In this document: piece after piece, positions 1-15,293 of the stretch
Position numbering within the stretch: position 1 is the first letter of the stretch
How the letters are laid out: every line of letters starts with the position of its first letter
Source: Eledone cirrhosa
Lineage: Eukaryota
Direction of reading: 5' to 3'
NCBI GenBank assembly: GCA_964016885.1
Contig: OZ024761.1
Location: 27,838,001-27,902,000, forward strand
Length of the DNA stretch: 64,000 nucleotides
Notes under the pieces: model-generated
The model's database searches: none
The model's input: the letters and a program-made list of their open reading frames with translations, nothing else
What the model was told of the DNA's origin: nothing
Translations under genes and position numbers: made by a program

Positions 1-240
1 CACACCTTCATTACACGAAGTTTCACACTAGACCTGAGAAAACAATGTGGGTGATTGTGTATTTACAGAATGTCTGATTGATCTCACAAACACTATATTA
101 ATATGTATACATATCTATGTGATATATATGTATATTATATACGTTTGTGTGTGTGTGAAACAGCTTATGTTAACCTATAAATATTAACTATACATCTTGT
201 AGTAAGTGCTCTTTCCATTCGTTTCTACCCATAAACGCGT

Positions 241-256
241 ATATACATATATATAT

Positions 257-341
<85 letters not shown>

Positions 342-491
342 CACACATACACGTACATATATAATCATATTTTTATAGGCATTCACATATATCAATATAT
401 GTATATAAACACTTAGAAAGACACACATATATATACATGCTTTTGTGTATATATATATGTATATATATATGTATAAATATATATATATATG

Positions 492-537
<46 letters not shown>

Positions 538-714
538 CATATATATGTATATATGTATGTAAATATATATATATATATATATAAAAATATATACATATAT
601 ATGTATATATATATGTATACATATAGTATAAATATATATATATGTGTGTGTATATATATATATATATATACATATATATATGTATATATATATATGTATA
701 AATATAAATATATA

Positions 715-791
<77 letters not shown>

Positions 792-806
792 TTATATATA
801 TATATA
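241..806. repeat. (TA)n-dominated microsatellite, representative of dozens of similar tracts in the window
   Basis: TA dinucleotide with interspersed CA/TG; source of the Y/I-repeat ORFs. Confidence 0.98.
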
Positions 807-1353
807 ACAAATTAATGGCAATGACAACGACAATATTACCATCGTACCTTATAACTTCTAGATATCTACATCCTTCCATTCTTCTCTGCTTATATAAATA
901 TATATAAATATATATAAATATATATAAATATACAAATATCTATATATATATATACACACATATATATATATAAATATGTTTCTTCTAACGGAAATCTCTC
1001 CTTCATCTCCAAATGCAACCATCTCTATCATCTCACATCTATCTAACCAATATTTCAGCCATCAGCCATGTATGTGAAAAAAAATATAACCCCACCCCCG
1101 AAGTCTTAAGCTACTCTGTTCCAAGATTATCTCCCCCTTTCACTTCCTCTTCAGTCTGATCTTGGTTTTAGTTGACGGCACTTAAAGAAAGACAAATAAC
1201 TAAAAACAAAAACAAAAACAAAAATTCACTTTAACCGTCCAGGAAAAAGAGTTAGACGCCATCTTAGTACACTTTCCTCTTCCTGATGTTGAAGTTGCCA
1301 CTTCGCCTCCTCCCCGTTCCCCTTCCACGTCCTCACCATCCTCATCGTCATTT

Positions 1354-1406
<53 letters not shown>

Positions 1407-1434
1407 ATGATAATAATAATACTACAACTACTAT

Positions 1435-1493
<59 letters not shown>

Positions 1494-1530
1494 ATACTAC
1501 TACTACTATTACTAATACTATTACAACTAT

Positions 1531-1601
<71 letters not shown>

Positions 1602-1870
1602 ATACTACAACTACTATTACTACTACTACTACTACTATTACTATTACAACTATTACAACTACTACTACTACTATTACAACTATTACAACTACTACTATTA
1701 CTACTACTACTATTACAACTATTGCAACTATTACAACTACTACTACTACTATTACAACTATTACAACTACTACTATTACTACTACTACTATTACAACTAT
1801 TGCAACTATTACAACTACTACTACTACTATTACAACTATTACAACTACTACTACTACTCCTACTACTACT
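1354..1870. repeat. (TAC)n/(TAT)n/(AAC)n trinucleotide array
   Basis: Seen directly in sequence. Confidence 0.97.
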
Positions 1871-1922
1871 GCTACTGCTGCTGTTGCTTACGATAATAAA
1901 TGTAACAAGAAATATAAGAGAC

Positions 1923-2297
1923 ATTAGTAGTAATGATAGTATCTATAGTTCTATTAGCTGCAGCAGTAGTAGTAGTAGTAGTTGTAGTTGTAGTAGTACT
2001 AGTGGTAGTAGTAGCAGTATAAGTAGTAGTGGTAGTAGGAATAGTGGTGGTAGTAGTAGTGGTATTAGTAACAGTTGCAGTTGCAATAGTAGTTGTAGTT
2101 GTAGTAGTAGTGGTAGTAGTAGCAATAGTGGTAGTAGTAATAGTAGCAGTAGTAGTAACAGTAGTAGTAGTAGTGTTAGTAGCAGTAGTAGTAGTAATAG
2201 TAGAAGTAGTAGTAGTAGTAGCGGTAGTAGTAGTAGTGATAGTAGTAGCAATAGTAGTAGTAGCAGTAGTGGTAGTAGCAATAGTGGTAGTAGTAAC

Positions 2298-2328
<31 letters not shown>

Positions 2329-2741
2329 TTGGTAGCAACAGTAGTAGTAGTAGTAGTAGTAGTAGCAGTAGTAATGGTAGTAGTGGTAGTAGTAACAGTA
2401 GTAGTAATAGTTGTAGTGGTAGTAGTAACAGTAGTAGTAATAGTAGTAGTGTTAATAGCAACAATAGTAGTAATAGTAGTAGTAGTAACATTAGTAGTAA
2501 TATTAGCAACAGTAGTAGTAGTAGTAGTAGCAGTAGTAATGGTAGTAGTGGTAGTAGTAACAGTAGTAGTAATAGTAGTAGTGGTAGTAGTAACAGTAGT
2601 AGTAATAGTAGTAGTGGTAGTAGTAACAGTAGTAGTAATAGTAGTAGTGTTAATAGCAACAGTAGTAGTAATAGTAGTAGTAGTAACAGTGGTAGTAACA
2701 TTAGTAGTAATAGTAGTAACAGTAGTAGTAATAGTAGCAAC

Positions 2742-2787
<46 letters not shown>
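1923..2787. repeat. (GTA)n-based trinucleotide array, complementary to the preceding array
   Basis: Seen directly in sequence. Confidence 0.97.
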
Positions 2788-2788
<1 letters not shown>

Positions 2789-3486
2789 AAACAAGTGTGA
2801 CACGATGTCGGTCAAAATGGTACAAAACGATATTTCTAAGGTATATCTCAGTAGTTACTTCTGTTGCCATGCCTCTCTCCCGTTATGTTTCTATTCTTTG
2901 CTCAAAAGATTTTCCTTTTCAAAACAAAAGCTTTCAAAAAGTGTCTTTTGATGATGGATTTCGGTTTTAGCTTACGATAAATGGATTTTTCATCCTCCTC
3001 CTTTCCCCCACCTACCCGCATTCTCCCCTCCTCACATTTATATATACACATATATGCGTATACAGATATATACATACATACATACATACACGCACAAACA
3101 TTCGTGTGTATATGTATATAAATGTACATTTGTATATATGTACTTGCACTCACACACAGACGCACACACACACACACACACACACATACACACATACACA
3201 CATATACACACACAGACGCACACACACACACACACACATACACACATATACACACACATATATATATATAAGCATACATGTATTTACACACATATTCAGG
3301 TAGACACATACACCGATTATTTCGACTCTCTCCATATCGAACGAAATCCGTTTGCCCTCACTTATGAAAAGAACTTCTATGTTCATAAATGTTATATATA
3401 CATACATACACACACACACACATACATATGTATAAATATATATACATATATATATATATATTCATAAATGTACAGAAGTACATATA

Positions 3487-3550
<64 letters not shown>

Positions 3551-3562
3551 TATGTACTTCTG

Positions 3563-3595
<33 letters not shown>

Positions 3596-3897
3596 ATCCA
3601 TAAATGAACAGACGTACAGAAGTCTAACATACCAGCTCAAAGTTCAGTTTTCCTCACACAAACGCAGAAGCACACACACACACAAACAAACACACACACA
3701 CATACAGATAGACAATTCCGGGTCTTTAGACGACTTCCAGAAACAATGTCCATTAGGTTATAAAGAACGAGACATTCATAGTAGAAAGCTAGGTGTGTGT
3801 GTGTGTGTGTGTGAGTGTGTGAGAGAGTGAGTGCGTGTGTGTGAGAGAATTTTCAAACGAAGGAAAGAGTTCTCGAATTGGAAAAATAATTTCTATA

Positions 3898-3960
<63 letters not shown>

Positions 3961-3984
3961 TATAGATATTCATATAGATATTCT

Positions 3985-4283
3985 CAAACGCGAGTCTACA
4001 TGTTAAAACATATTTAAGGAGCTTCCGATTCCAGAGCCAGGTTAGATCATTAATCGATCGTTCCTGGAGCTGATCGACAGTGAAACTCCATTCAATGGAA
4101 AGCCATCACTAAGTCGAAGCCATACGCAAGGGGCAATCCGTCTTGTGTACTGTGTATTGAAGACAGGATAAATATTCTAAGGAGATTAGGCAATAGCGAT
4201 TGCCTAAATTCGAGAATGAAATCTTCTCACGTTGTCCACATGTCTGGAAACAACTCTTGCATAACTACAAATCTCCGGTTTGA
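3985..4283 (+). pseudogene. Degenerate 3' end of a Penelope-like element ORF (C-terminus of the GIY-YIG endonuclease)
   Basis: From 4090 reads IQWKAITKSKPYARGNPSCVLCIEDRINILRRLGNSDCLNSR, then after a one-base frameshift NEIFSRCPHVWKQLLHNYKSPV*. This fits the I.W...Y...CxLC.E...LN.R.E...C.H pattern of PLE endonuclease ends. Flanked by (TA)n. Confidence 0.7.
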
Positions 4284-4401
4284 ATAACAACATTATCCTA
4301 ATTTTCTAATCAACTCAAACACCTTTTCCAGACATTCGCAGTTATCTCACTACCTTTTTCGCCCGGTATGGTGAGCTAACTGTTGTGTTACTACTTTTAT
4401 A

Positions 4402-4470
<69 letters not shown>

Positions 4471-4475
<5 letters not shown>

Positions 4476-4590
4476 TAACAGATTAAAGTTTAAACAAAGA
4501 ATCGCTGCTCTTCGGTTCTTATATATGTGATATATATTTATCCTTATCGAGCCCTCTTTGGATTTTAGTCTTCAAATTTATCATTATTTC
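4471..4590. mobile_element. Fragment of the Helitron-associated repeat family
   Basis: Shares attaaagtttaa..aaagaatcgctgc and gatatatatttatccttatcgagcc with the Helitron at 49646-50692. Confidence 0.6.
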
Positions 4591-4666
4591 TATATATATA
4601 TATATGTCTGTGTGTTGGAATCCCAACACATTAAATATAACTTCTGATTATATATATATATATCTG

Positions 4667-5200
4667 CAGAAGTTATATTTAATGTGTTGGCATTCCAACA
4701 AACTTAAAGATTTATAACTGATATAGAGCACTCACCTGTTTACTGGAGTAAATATTCATTATATTAATCAATGGAAACTATATTTATAAAACCATAATTA
4801 TTTTATTATATATATTTCAAGGGCAACAAAGGCAAATGTTGGTGCGCTTTCATCAGATAAAATACAAAATTTGTTTTATAAATGTTGACATACACGCAGA
4901 AGAACAAGCTTGACGGTTGGAGGTTCCCTGGACTATCCAGCGAACCTCCAACCGTCAATGTTGTTCTTCTGCGGGGATGTCAACATTTATAAAACAAATT
5001 TTGTATTTTATCTCATGAAAGCGCACCAAAATTTTCCTTTGTTGCCCTTGAAATATATATAATAAAATAATTATGGTTTTATAAATATAGTTTCCATTTA
5101 TTAATATAATGAATATTTACTCCACCAAACGGGTGAGTGCTTTATATCAGTTATAAAACTTTTAAGTTTGTTGAATTCCAACAAATTAAATATAACCTTT
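4667..5200. mobile_element. Fold-back element in (TA)n with hammerhead motifs, family A
   Basis: Arms of about 265 bp are imperfect reverse complements around ctggactatccag (~4934); TA tracts on both sides. Confidence 0.85.
4800..4863 (-). ncRNA. Minimal type I hammerhead ribozyme motif (family A)
   Basis: Minus strand: attttat CTGATGA aagcgc..gccctt GAAA tatata TA ataaaat. The plus-arm copy has a mutated core (CTCATGA, 5012-5018). Confidence 0.7.
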
Positions 5201-5287
5201 ATATATATATATATATATATATATAGGTTTGTCTGATATGACGAATTTCACCACATAGCCATAACAAAGAACACGCTGACACACACA

Positions 5288-5328
<41 letters not shown>

Positions 5329-5501
5329 GTGTGTGTGTGTATAAGTATATGTGTATATATATATGTATATTTATATATATGTATATATATATGCATATAT
5401 GTGTATATTTATACATATGCATATATATGTATGTATATATATATATACATATATATATATACATACATTCATATATACATATGTATATGTATATATATAC
5501 A

Positions 5502-5533
<32 letters not shown>

Positions 5534-5552
5534 CACACACACATATATATAT

Positions 5553-5595
<43 letters not shown>

Positions 5596-5636
5596 TATAT
5601 ATATATATACACACACACATATATATATATATATAT

Positions 5637-5705
<69 letters not shown>

Positions 5706-5715
5706 TATATGTATA

Positions 5716-5763
<48 letters not shown>

Positions 5764-6448
5764 GAAAGGATGATTACTTTACGTATACAGTCTCGTTGCT
5801 TTTGTTGTTACAGGACAATATTATGTAATCTATGTTAAAGAGATCTGACTCAGTTGAAAACACTAGTGCTCTGATGACAAACTCTTATGATTTCTGTTTG
5901 TTTATGACAGCAAAGTAGTTATCGAGAAAATGTACAACTATTTTATTACATAGAAGTCATGTATTATTAAGGTAAATGACCTGTTATGTCTTATATATGG
6001 AGGTTACAAATATATTCAATATTGTAGCTACATTACTGTTTCCCTTGTTTTCCATTTTTTTTTGTTCATTTTATATTCTGTTTTAACCTTTTCCTTTCAT
6101 ACGTATTTCCACACCACTCGTTGGCATTGCGTCTTTTTCATTTTAGTATTTGTTTTGCTATTTTTTTTTTTAACTTACTTTTTGTTTCTGTAAGAAGTAC
6201 TAGATACCGCCACTCGTTTTTCATGGATTACTAACTCTATACCGCCGTTTAAATTCATGATAGAAACAAATAAATATATATCTATATCTATATATATATG
6301 TACATATACATATATATTTATATATTTCCATATGTAATTTTGTATGTATATATGTATATATATATACATACATATATATATATATAATTTTATATGTAAA
6401 TATTTGTATATATATATATATATATATATGTTTATATATATATATATA

Positions 6449-6486
<38 letters not shown>

Positions 6487-6493
6487 CTTGTAT

Positions 6494-6534
<41 letters not shown>

Positions 6535-6561
6535 TATATATAATCTTGTATGTATGTAAAC

Positions 6562-6606
<45 letters not shown>

Positions 6607-6624
6607 TATCTTGTATGTATATGA

Positions 6625-6674
<50 letters not shown>

Positions 6675-6980
6675 AACACACACACATACATACATATATT
6701 TATGTATATATAGTGTAAGCAGCTGTTTCATAATAAAATTGTTGTATATTTCCCTCCATAACGATCTTGCTGTCATAACCAAGAGAAATTACAAGAGACT
6801 CTGTCATCCGAGGGATCGTGTTTTCGACTTATTCAGACCTACTCCACTCTCCCAACATTATATTGTCGTATAACAACAAACTACCAACACATCATGACCT
6901 TAACACCACCAACAACATTATAAACAGCAAGGAGAATATCATTAATAACCACAATAATAATAACAATAATAATGATGATG

Positions 6981-7026
<46 letters not shown>

Positions 7027-7027
<1 letters not shown>

Positions 7028-7408
7028 TGTTTCTACGTTAGGCACAAGGCCTGCAATTACCCAGTGTATTACTGGTACTTTATTTTATCGACCCCGTAAG
7101 GATGAAAGGCAAAGTTAACCTCGGCGGGATTTGAACTCAGAATGGCAAGGGCCGTAACTATGCGTCAAAGCATGGCATCCGACCCTCTACCAATACTGCC
7201 AATCCAATAATAATGATAATTGTTTCTACTTTTTGGCACAATGCCAGCAAATTTACCCAGTGCATTACTGGTACTTTATTTTATCGACCCCCGTAAGGAT
7301 GAAAGGTAAAGTTAACCTCGGCGGGAATTGAACTCAGATCGTTAAGGGACGTAACTATGCTGGAAAGCATGGCGTCCGACCCTCTACCGATACTGCCATT
7401 CCACCGCC

Positions 7409-7466
<58 letters not shown>

Positions 7467-7827
7467 TAACAACAACAAAAATATCAATAATAAAGGTTTC
7501 TTATATAGGCACAAGGCCAGCAATTTTTTGGGGGAGGGAAAAGTCGATGAAATTCACCCCAGTGCGTGACTGGTACTTTATTTTCTCGACCCCGTAAGGA
7601 TGAAAGGCAAAGTTAACCTCGGCGGTATTTGAACTCAGACCATAAAGGGACGTAACTCTGTGCTGCAAAGCATGCATCTGACCCTCTACCGATGCTGCCA
7701 ATCCACGGCCCAATAATAATAATAATAATTGTTTCTACTTTTGGCACAAGGGCCAGCAATTACACCAGTACATTACTGGTACTTTATTTTATCCACCCCG
7801 TAAAGATGAAAGGCAAAGTTAACCTCA
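7027..7827 (-). mobile_element. Four head-to-tail tRNA-derived SINE copies separated by (AAT)n tails
   Basis: Copies at about 7027-7205, 7221-7410, 7495-7710 and 7729-7827 (truncated). Minus strand shows A-box-like TGGCAGTATCGG, B-box GAGTTCAAATCC, body ggtcgataaaataaagtaccagt and (att)n tail. Confidence 0.9.
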
Positions 7828-8237
7828 ACATAATAGTAATGATAATTCAAGCGTGTTTATTCTGGAAATATTTGAAATAACGTAGAATCGATATTTTATA
7901 TGCTCACAATCATAAATACACACATACACCTACACACACATACACACACACACACACATATATATACATATACGCATACATACACATATATATATATATA
8001 CATACATACGCACATATATACACACACACACTGAGATAACACACAGAGAGACAGTGCAGCTTGTACTACCAGTCACTCATCAGCTGCCGACTGGATATCA
8101 TAGCGATTTCGATGAAAACTTATTGAAGAGTGAATCTGTATTATTATTAGGGTTGTTTCGGAGGACAAACCTGTAGCTCTCTTTTACCCACTCTCTCATC
8201 TATGCAGCCACCATAAGTATAAACACTAACCAAATTA

Positions 8238-8454
8238 TTGGCAGCATCGGCGGAGCGTCGGACAACATTCTTTGTGGCATAGAGTTACGTCCCTTTACGA
8301 TCTGAGTTCAAATCCTACTGAGGTTAACTTTGCCTGTCACCCTCATCATGCGGTCGATAAAATAAAGTACCAGTAAAGCACTGGAGTCGATTTAATCGAC
8401 TTTCCCTTCCCCAAAATTGTTGGCGTTGTGCCTAAATCAGAAACCAATATTATT
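8238..8454 (+). mobile_element. tRNA-derived SINE, same family
   Basis: tggcagcatcgg ... gagttcaaatcc ... ggtcgataaaataaagtaccagt ... agaaaccaatattatt. Confidence 0.88.
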
Positions 8455-8489
8455 GCAACCTGAATAGGGGTGGGTGTGCCGTTGGTGGG

Positions 8490-8616
8490 CAAAGACCTTT
8501 GAGCATTGGAGATAATGTTTGAAGGTATTTGTCTCGGCTCTTCACATTCTGAGTTCAAATCCTGCCGATGCCATATTTCCCTTTCATCCTTCTGGGATCG
8601 ATAAAATAGAGTATCA
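8490..8616 (+). mobile_element. Older degenerate SINE copy
   Basis: attctgagttcaaatcctgccg ... tttcatccttctgggatcgataaaatagagta. Confidence 0.7.
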
Positions 8617-8624
8617 TTCAAGTG

Positions 8625-8742
8625 AAGGCGCGTGGCTTTGTGGTTAGAGAATCGGGGTTGCTATCGTGAGGTTGCGAGTTCGATTCTCGGACCGGACGAT
8701 GTGTTATGTCCTTGAGCAAGACACTCTATTTCACGTGGCTCC
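8625..8742 (+). mobile_element. Second tRNA-derived SINE family, 5' part
   Basis: ggcgcgtggctttgtggttag (A box), gagttcgattctc (B box), then tgtccttgagcaagacact central motif. Confidence 0.75.
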
Positions 8743-9364
8743 TTCTGCCAGGAATTACGACCGGTAGAGAGTATCATCAATGGAAAGACCAATGGTTTTC
8801 CTTGGTCGAATTTGACGATGTCCACCCGCACGTGGAAAGAGAATGGAGTCTGGCATCTTGTCGATCGTCATCCAAGTAACGAGGTTAACTTAATCAACTT
8901 TAATCTTTCCGCCGATATTTTGCTGGCCTTGAGCTTATATTAGAAATCAATATTACTGCATCTAGGATAATATAAAAAAAAAAAACATCTACTGTATGAC
9001 TGACTCTACAAAATTATATCGAGTAAACAATAAAAAACAACTAACGCAAACAGCCAGAAAACACGAACAAAACGAAAACTATTTTTGTTTTTGCTTCTGT
9101 TTATAAGAAAGCTAACAAATATGAAATAGATTGTGTAGTCATAGATAGCTCTAAGATTGATGGTGCGGCAGGGTGTGGTCGGAGGCACAGTTACTATATA
9201 ACTATATAATAAACATGATGATGACTTTATAGAATATCATAGGAAGAAATTGGCAATGCTAGACACTTCTTGGTTATAATACCAGACAAGACTTAACGAA
9301 GCATAATCGGATAAAGAATACTACCGGGAGGTGCATATCTCAGCCTTTTGATCGCAACATAAGA

Positions 9365-10020
9365 GCAGGCCATGCTGGAGCAACAGAAGCTAAACTAAAA
9401 CATTATATAATTGTTTCTACGTTTGGCACAAGGCCAGCAATTATCTCAGTGTATTTCAGATACTTTATTATATCGACCCAGTAAACGGCCATGCTGAGGC
9501 AAAATAAGCTATATGGAAAATTATATAGTATTTTATTGGAGATTTCACTCATTTCACAGCGGCCATGCTGGGGTAACACAAGCTAACTTAAACATTATAT
9601 TTGTTTAAAGACTTCACTCATGTCACAGTGGCTATGCTGAGGCAACATAAAATATATAGTATTTATTTAAAGGGTTCATTAATTTCACAGCTGTCATGCT
9701 GGGGCAAAATAAGTTACTGATACATTATGTAATATTTATACAAATAATTGTCATTTCACGGTGGCCATGCTGGGGCAACAGAAGCTTAATGATACAGTTC
9801 TATAACAGATATTTAAAGGCTTCACTCATTTCATAGCCGCCATGCTGTGTCAACATGTGCTACATAAAACATTATATAATAGTTATTTAACGGTTTTATT
9901 CATTTAACAGCGGACATGCTGGGGCAGCATAAAATACATAATTCATTATATGTCTTATGAAAGGTTTCACTCACTTAACAGTGGCCATGCTGGGGCAACA
10001 TAAGCTACATAAAATTGTTT
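9365..10020. repeat. Diverged ~62-bp minisatellite with core ggccatgctggggcaaca, interrupted by a SINE fragment at ~9410-9484
   Basis: About 10 units of ttcactcatttcacagcggccatgctggggcaacataagct..aaacattata. Confidence 0.85.
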
Positions 10021-10040
10021 TATAACATACATTTAAAGCG

Positions 10041-10721
<681 letters not shown>

Positions 10722-10724
10722 ATA

Positions 10725-10791
<67 letters not shown>

Positions 10792-11045
10792 AGTCAGGAA
10801 TTGGCAGTCAAAACAGCAAGGGCCCAACTCTCTCTAATATATGTTACACTCTACTATCTCAAATATCGAGTACTCTGCTGAATAATCATTTTACTATTTT
10901 AAAACTGGTGAAATCCTGATATATATACACACGCACACACACACATATATATATTATATACATTATATATATATATATTATATATATTATATACATTATA
11001 TATATATATATTATATATATTATATACATTATATATATATATATA

Positions 11046-11313
11046 TTTACGATATTAAACAAATGGAAACTATATTTATAAAACCATATTTATTTCGTTA
11101 TATATATTTCAAAATGTATTTTGTCTGAGGAAGGCATACCATATTTTTAATATGATATCCCAGAAATATATATAACGAAATAAATATGGTTTTATAAATA
11201 TAGTTTCCATTTGTTTAATATCGTAAACCTACTCCAGAAACTGTTGAGTGCTTTTATATCAGTTATAAAATATTTACTCGTTGTAACCCAACAATCTTAA
11301 ATAAAACTTTTGC
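11046..11313 (+). mobile_element. Family A element with short inverted arm and hammerhead motif at 11117-11182
   Basis: 11046-11110 is the reverse complement of 11163-11227; tattttgt CTGAGGA ... GAAA tatata TA acgaaata. Confidence 0.8.
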
Positions 11314-11366
11314 ATATATATATTTATATATAATATATATTATATATGTATTTATATATTATGTAT

Positions 11367-11432
<66 letters not shown>

Positions 11433-11585
11433 ATACATAATATATAAATACATATATAATATATATAATATATAAATATATATATATATAATATATAGAT
11501 TGAACCCGGGATAAACATATATATATATATCGTATATATACATATATTATATATATATATTGTGTATATATATTTAATCTATCTA

Positions 11586-11661
<76 letters not shown>

Positions 11662-12079
11662 ATGTGAGAAAATTTTGATTATATTTTCTCAGTCAATTTA
11701 AAACTTATAATATCTATTTAATAAAGAAAATGGAAAAAAATATATTGACTAAAACAGGAAATAGTTCTTTGGCTTTAATGAAAGGGGACTGTTTATGATT
11801 AGTATTGTTGTTGTTATAACTGTTATTGTTGGTGTTATTATTGTTATTGTCATTCTTGTTGTTGTTGTTAGTATTGTGATTATTGTTATTATTAGTGTTG
11901 TTGTTGTTGTTGTTGTTATTGTCATTCGTGTTGTTGTTGTTATTGTGATTGTTGTTATATTATTGTTATTATTATTGTTGTTGTTGTTGTTGTTGTTGTT
12001 GATGCTGATGCTGTTGTCGTCATTCTTCCTCTTTTTCTTTTTCTTTTTCTTCTCTTTCTTTTTCCTTTTTTTTCTCTTT

Positions 12080-12110
<31 letters not shown>

Positions 12111-12163
12111 TCAATATAATAATGATATAATAATAATAATACTTATTATTATTAGTAGTAGTG

Positions 12164-12197
<34 letters not shown>

Positions 12198-12436
12198 AGG
12201 TAGTAGTAGTAGTAATATTAGTGGTAGTAGTAGTATTGAGACGATACTGCATCACTACAGCTACTGACGAGTTTTTTACCGATAGGTCGTGAAATATTTA
12301 GAATTACTTATAGGAATACAGAGTCCTTTCATTCCTTTAGGACAAGATCAGGGGTTTGGGGAGATAAGGGGCTGCAATAATAAGGAAATAATAGAGATAT
12401 ATTTATATATATATATATATAATATAATATAATATA

Positions 12437-12546
<110 letters not shown>

Positions 12547-12593
12547 TACTAGCACACGTATAACCTATATATATGGACACATATATAGATATG

Positions 12594-12659
<66 letters not shown>

Positions 12660-12684
12660 TATGCGTTTACCCATACATATGTTG

Positions 12685-12726
<42 letters not shown>

Positions 12727-12884
12727 TTATATGCGTATACCCATACATATGTATTTATATATATATATATATACACTTTTAAATGCGTATACCCATACAT
12801 ATGTTGGTGCATATATATATATATACATATACATGCATATATATACATATACACATACATATATAGATACATACATATATGTAT

Positions 12885-12932
<48 letters not shown>

Positions 12933-12977
12933 AATATACATGCACACACACACACACATCAAGCTATCTGTCTACCT

Positions 12978-13026
<49 letters not shown>

Positions 13027-13446
13027 CATACATACATATATACATACATACATACATACATACATACATACATACATACATACATACATACATACATACA
13101 TACATACATCCATCCATACATACATACATACATACATACATACATACATACATACATACGCACTTCCTACGTGACACTTGCTTTATTAGAATAATAGGCA
13201 AGCAGCATGGCGTGAGTTTCTCTCATGTTAATACGGAGGAACTGAAAATAAAATTGGATGGCTGCCATGTTTTTAAAATGTGGTTGAGATTGTGTTTTTC
13301 ACTGAAGATGGAAACACGCAGGCAGCTAGAGAGATACACAAAAGTAATGAAAGTCACAGACAATACACTAGATACTATGAGGTAGACATACGCGTTGAAT
13401 ACATTAGAGACAAAACATATACACACATATTTAAGCGACACATACG

Positions 13447-13478
<32 letters not shown>

Positions 13479-13872
13479 TGTATGTATGTATGTATGTATG
13501 TATGTATGTATGCATGTATGTAGATATGTATATATATATATATATATGAATATATATATATAAATATATATATATAGATATATATATATATGTAAACATA
13601 TATATATATATAAACATATATGTATATATATAAACATATATGTATATACATATATATACACCTATATATACATATATATATACAAACATATATATACATA
13701 TATATACATGTATATATTTATACATATATAAAAACATATATATATATATATATACATATATATAAACATATATGGATATATATACAGAAAATATATATAT
13801 ATATATCTACATATATATATAAACATATATGTATATATATAAAAACATATATGTATATACATATATATAAAC

Positions 13873-13959
<87 letters not shown>

Positions 13960-14108
13960 TACATACACAGGTAAATATATACATACATATACACACATAC
14001 ATATATATATACATACATACACAGGTAAATATATACATATATATATACACATACATATATATATACATACATACATAGGTAAATATATACGTATTTATGT
14101 TCACATAA

Positions 14109-14141
<33 letters not shown>

Positions 14142-14211
14142 CACACACATATATATATAGATATTTATAGACACACACACACACACATACTTACATACAT
14201 TGTATATATAT

Positions 14212-14242
<31 letters not shown>

Positions 14243-14389
14243 AATCAGTGTTATCGAACAGTAAGTAAAGTACTCAATAGCATAGTAGTTTGTAATAAGT
14301 TATTTTGGTTGATCCGGGTGACAGTGTATGAGTCCGTCTACATGTACGCGCGCGCGCGCGCACGTGTGTGCGTGTGTGTTTGTGTGTGG

Positions 14390-14420
<31 letters not shown>

Positions 14421-14716
14421 TGTGTGTTTTTGATTAAATAAGGAACAGCATTATTTTTTTGTTTTTTTTTCGCAAAAATGTTATTATGAAATCACGATTC
14501 GACGCCATTTTGATCTTTTTCATTACGTATTTTCAATATTTTCTTTGTCGTTTATTACGTTCGGTTTAGAACAATGTTGTTGCTCGATCCATAAGTCTAG
14601 AAGTCTCTCGAGATCTTCACAACACTATTTTCACAAATAACAGTTATAACAATGGTCTCCTATTTTTCAACTGCTTTGCTCTGGTTACACATTTCTATGA
14701 GGACGGTTATAAAATA

Positions 14717-15100
14717 ATTGTTTCTACTTTTGGCACAAGGCCACCAATCAACCAGTACATTACTGGTACTTTATTTTATCAACCTCCTAAGGAGGAAAAG
14801 GCAAAGTTAACCTCGCCGAGATTTGAACTCAGAATGACAAGGGCCGTAACTCCGACCCTCTACCGATACTGCCACTCCACCTCCCCTTGCCAATCCACTG
14901 TCCCTTGGACGTTTATAAAATAACTGTTTCTACTTTAGGCACAAGGCCAGCAATTACCCAGTACATCACTGGTACGTTATTTTATCGACCCCGTAAGGAT
15001 GAAAGGCAAAGTTAACCTCGGCGGGATTTGAACTCAGACCGTAAAGAGATGTAACTACGCTGGAAAGCATGGCGTCCGACTCTACCGATACTGCCAATCT
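14717..15100 (-). mobile_element. Two tandem SINE copies (about 14717-14882 and 14924-15100)
   Basis: Same motifs as 7027-7827. Confidence 0.88.
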
Positions 15101-15293
15101 ACAATGAACGCCAGATTAAATATTATAATTCATCTGATGAGATCCAGTGGTTTAATGGTGTCTGTTAATTTTTCGTTTATATTTTCATTATGGTAAAGCT
15201 CCCATAAATGACACCATATTTTATTTACTAACGTTATACCATAGATTATTATCAGCTAACGTCACTACATATATTATCATCATCTAACGTCGC

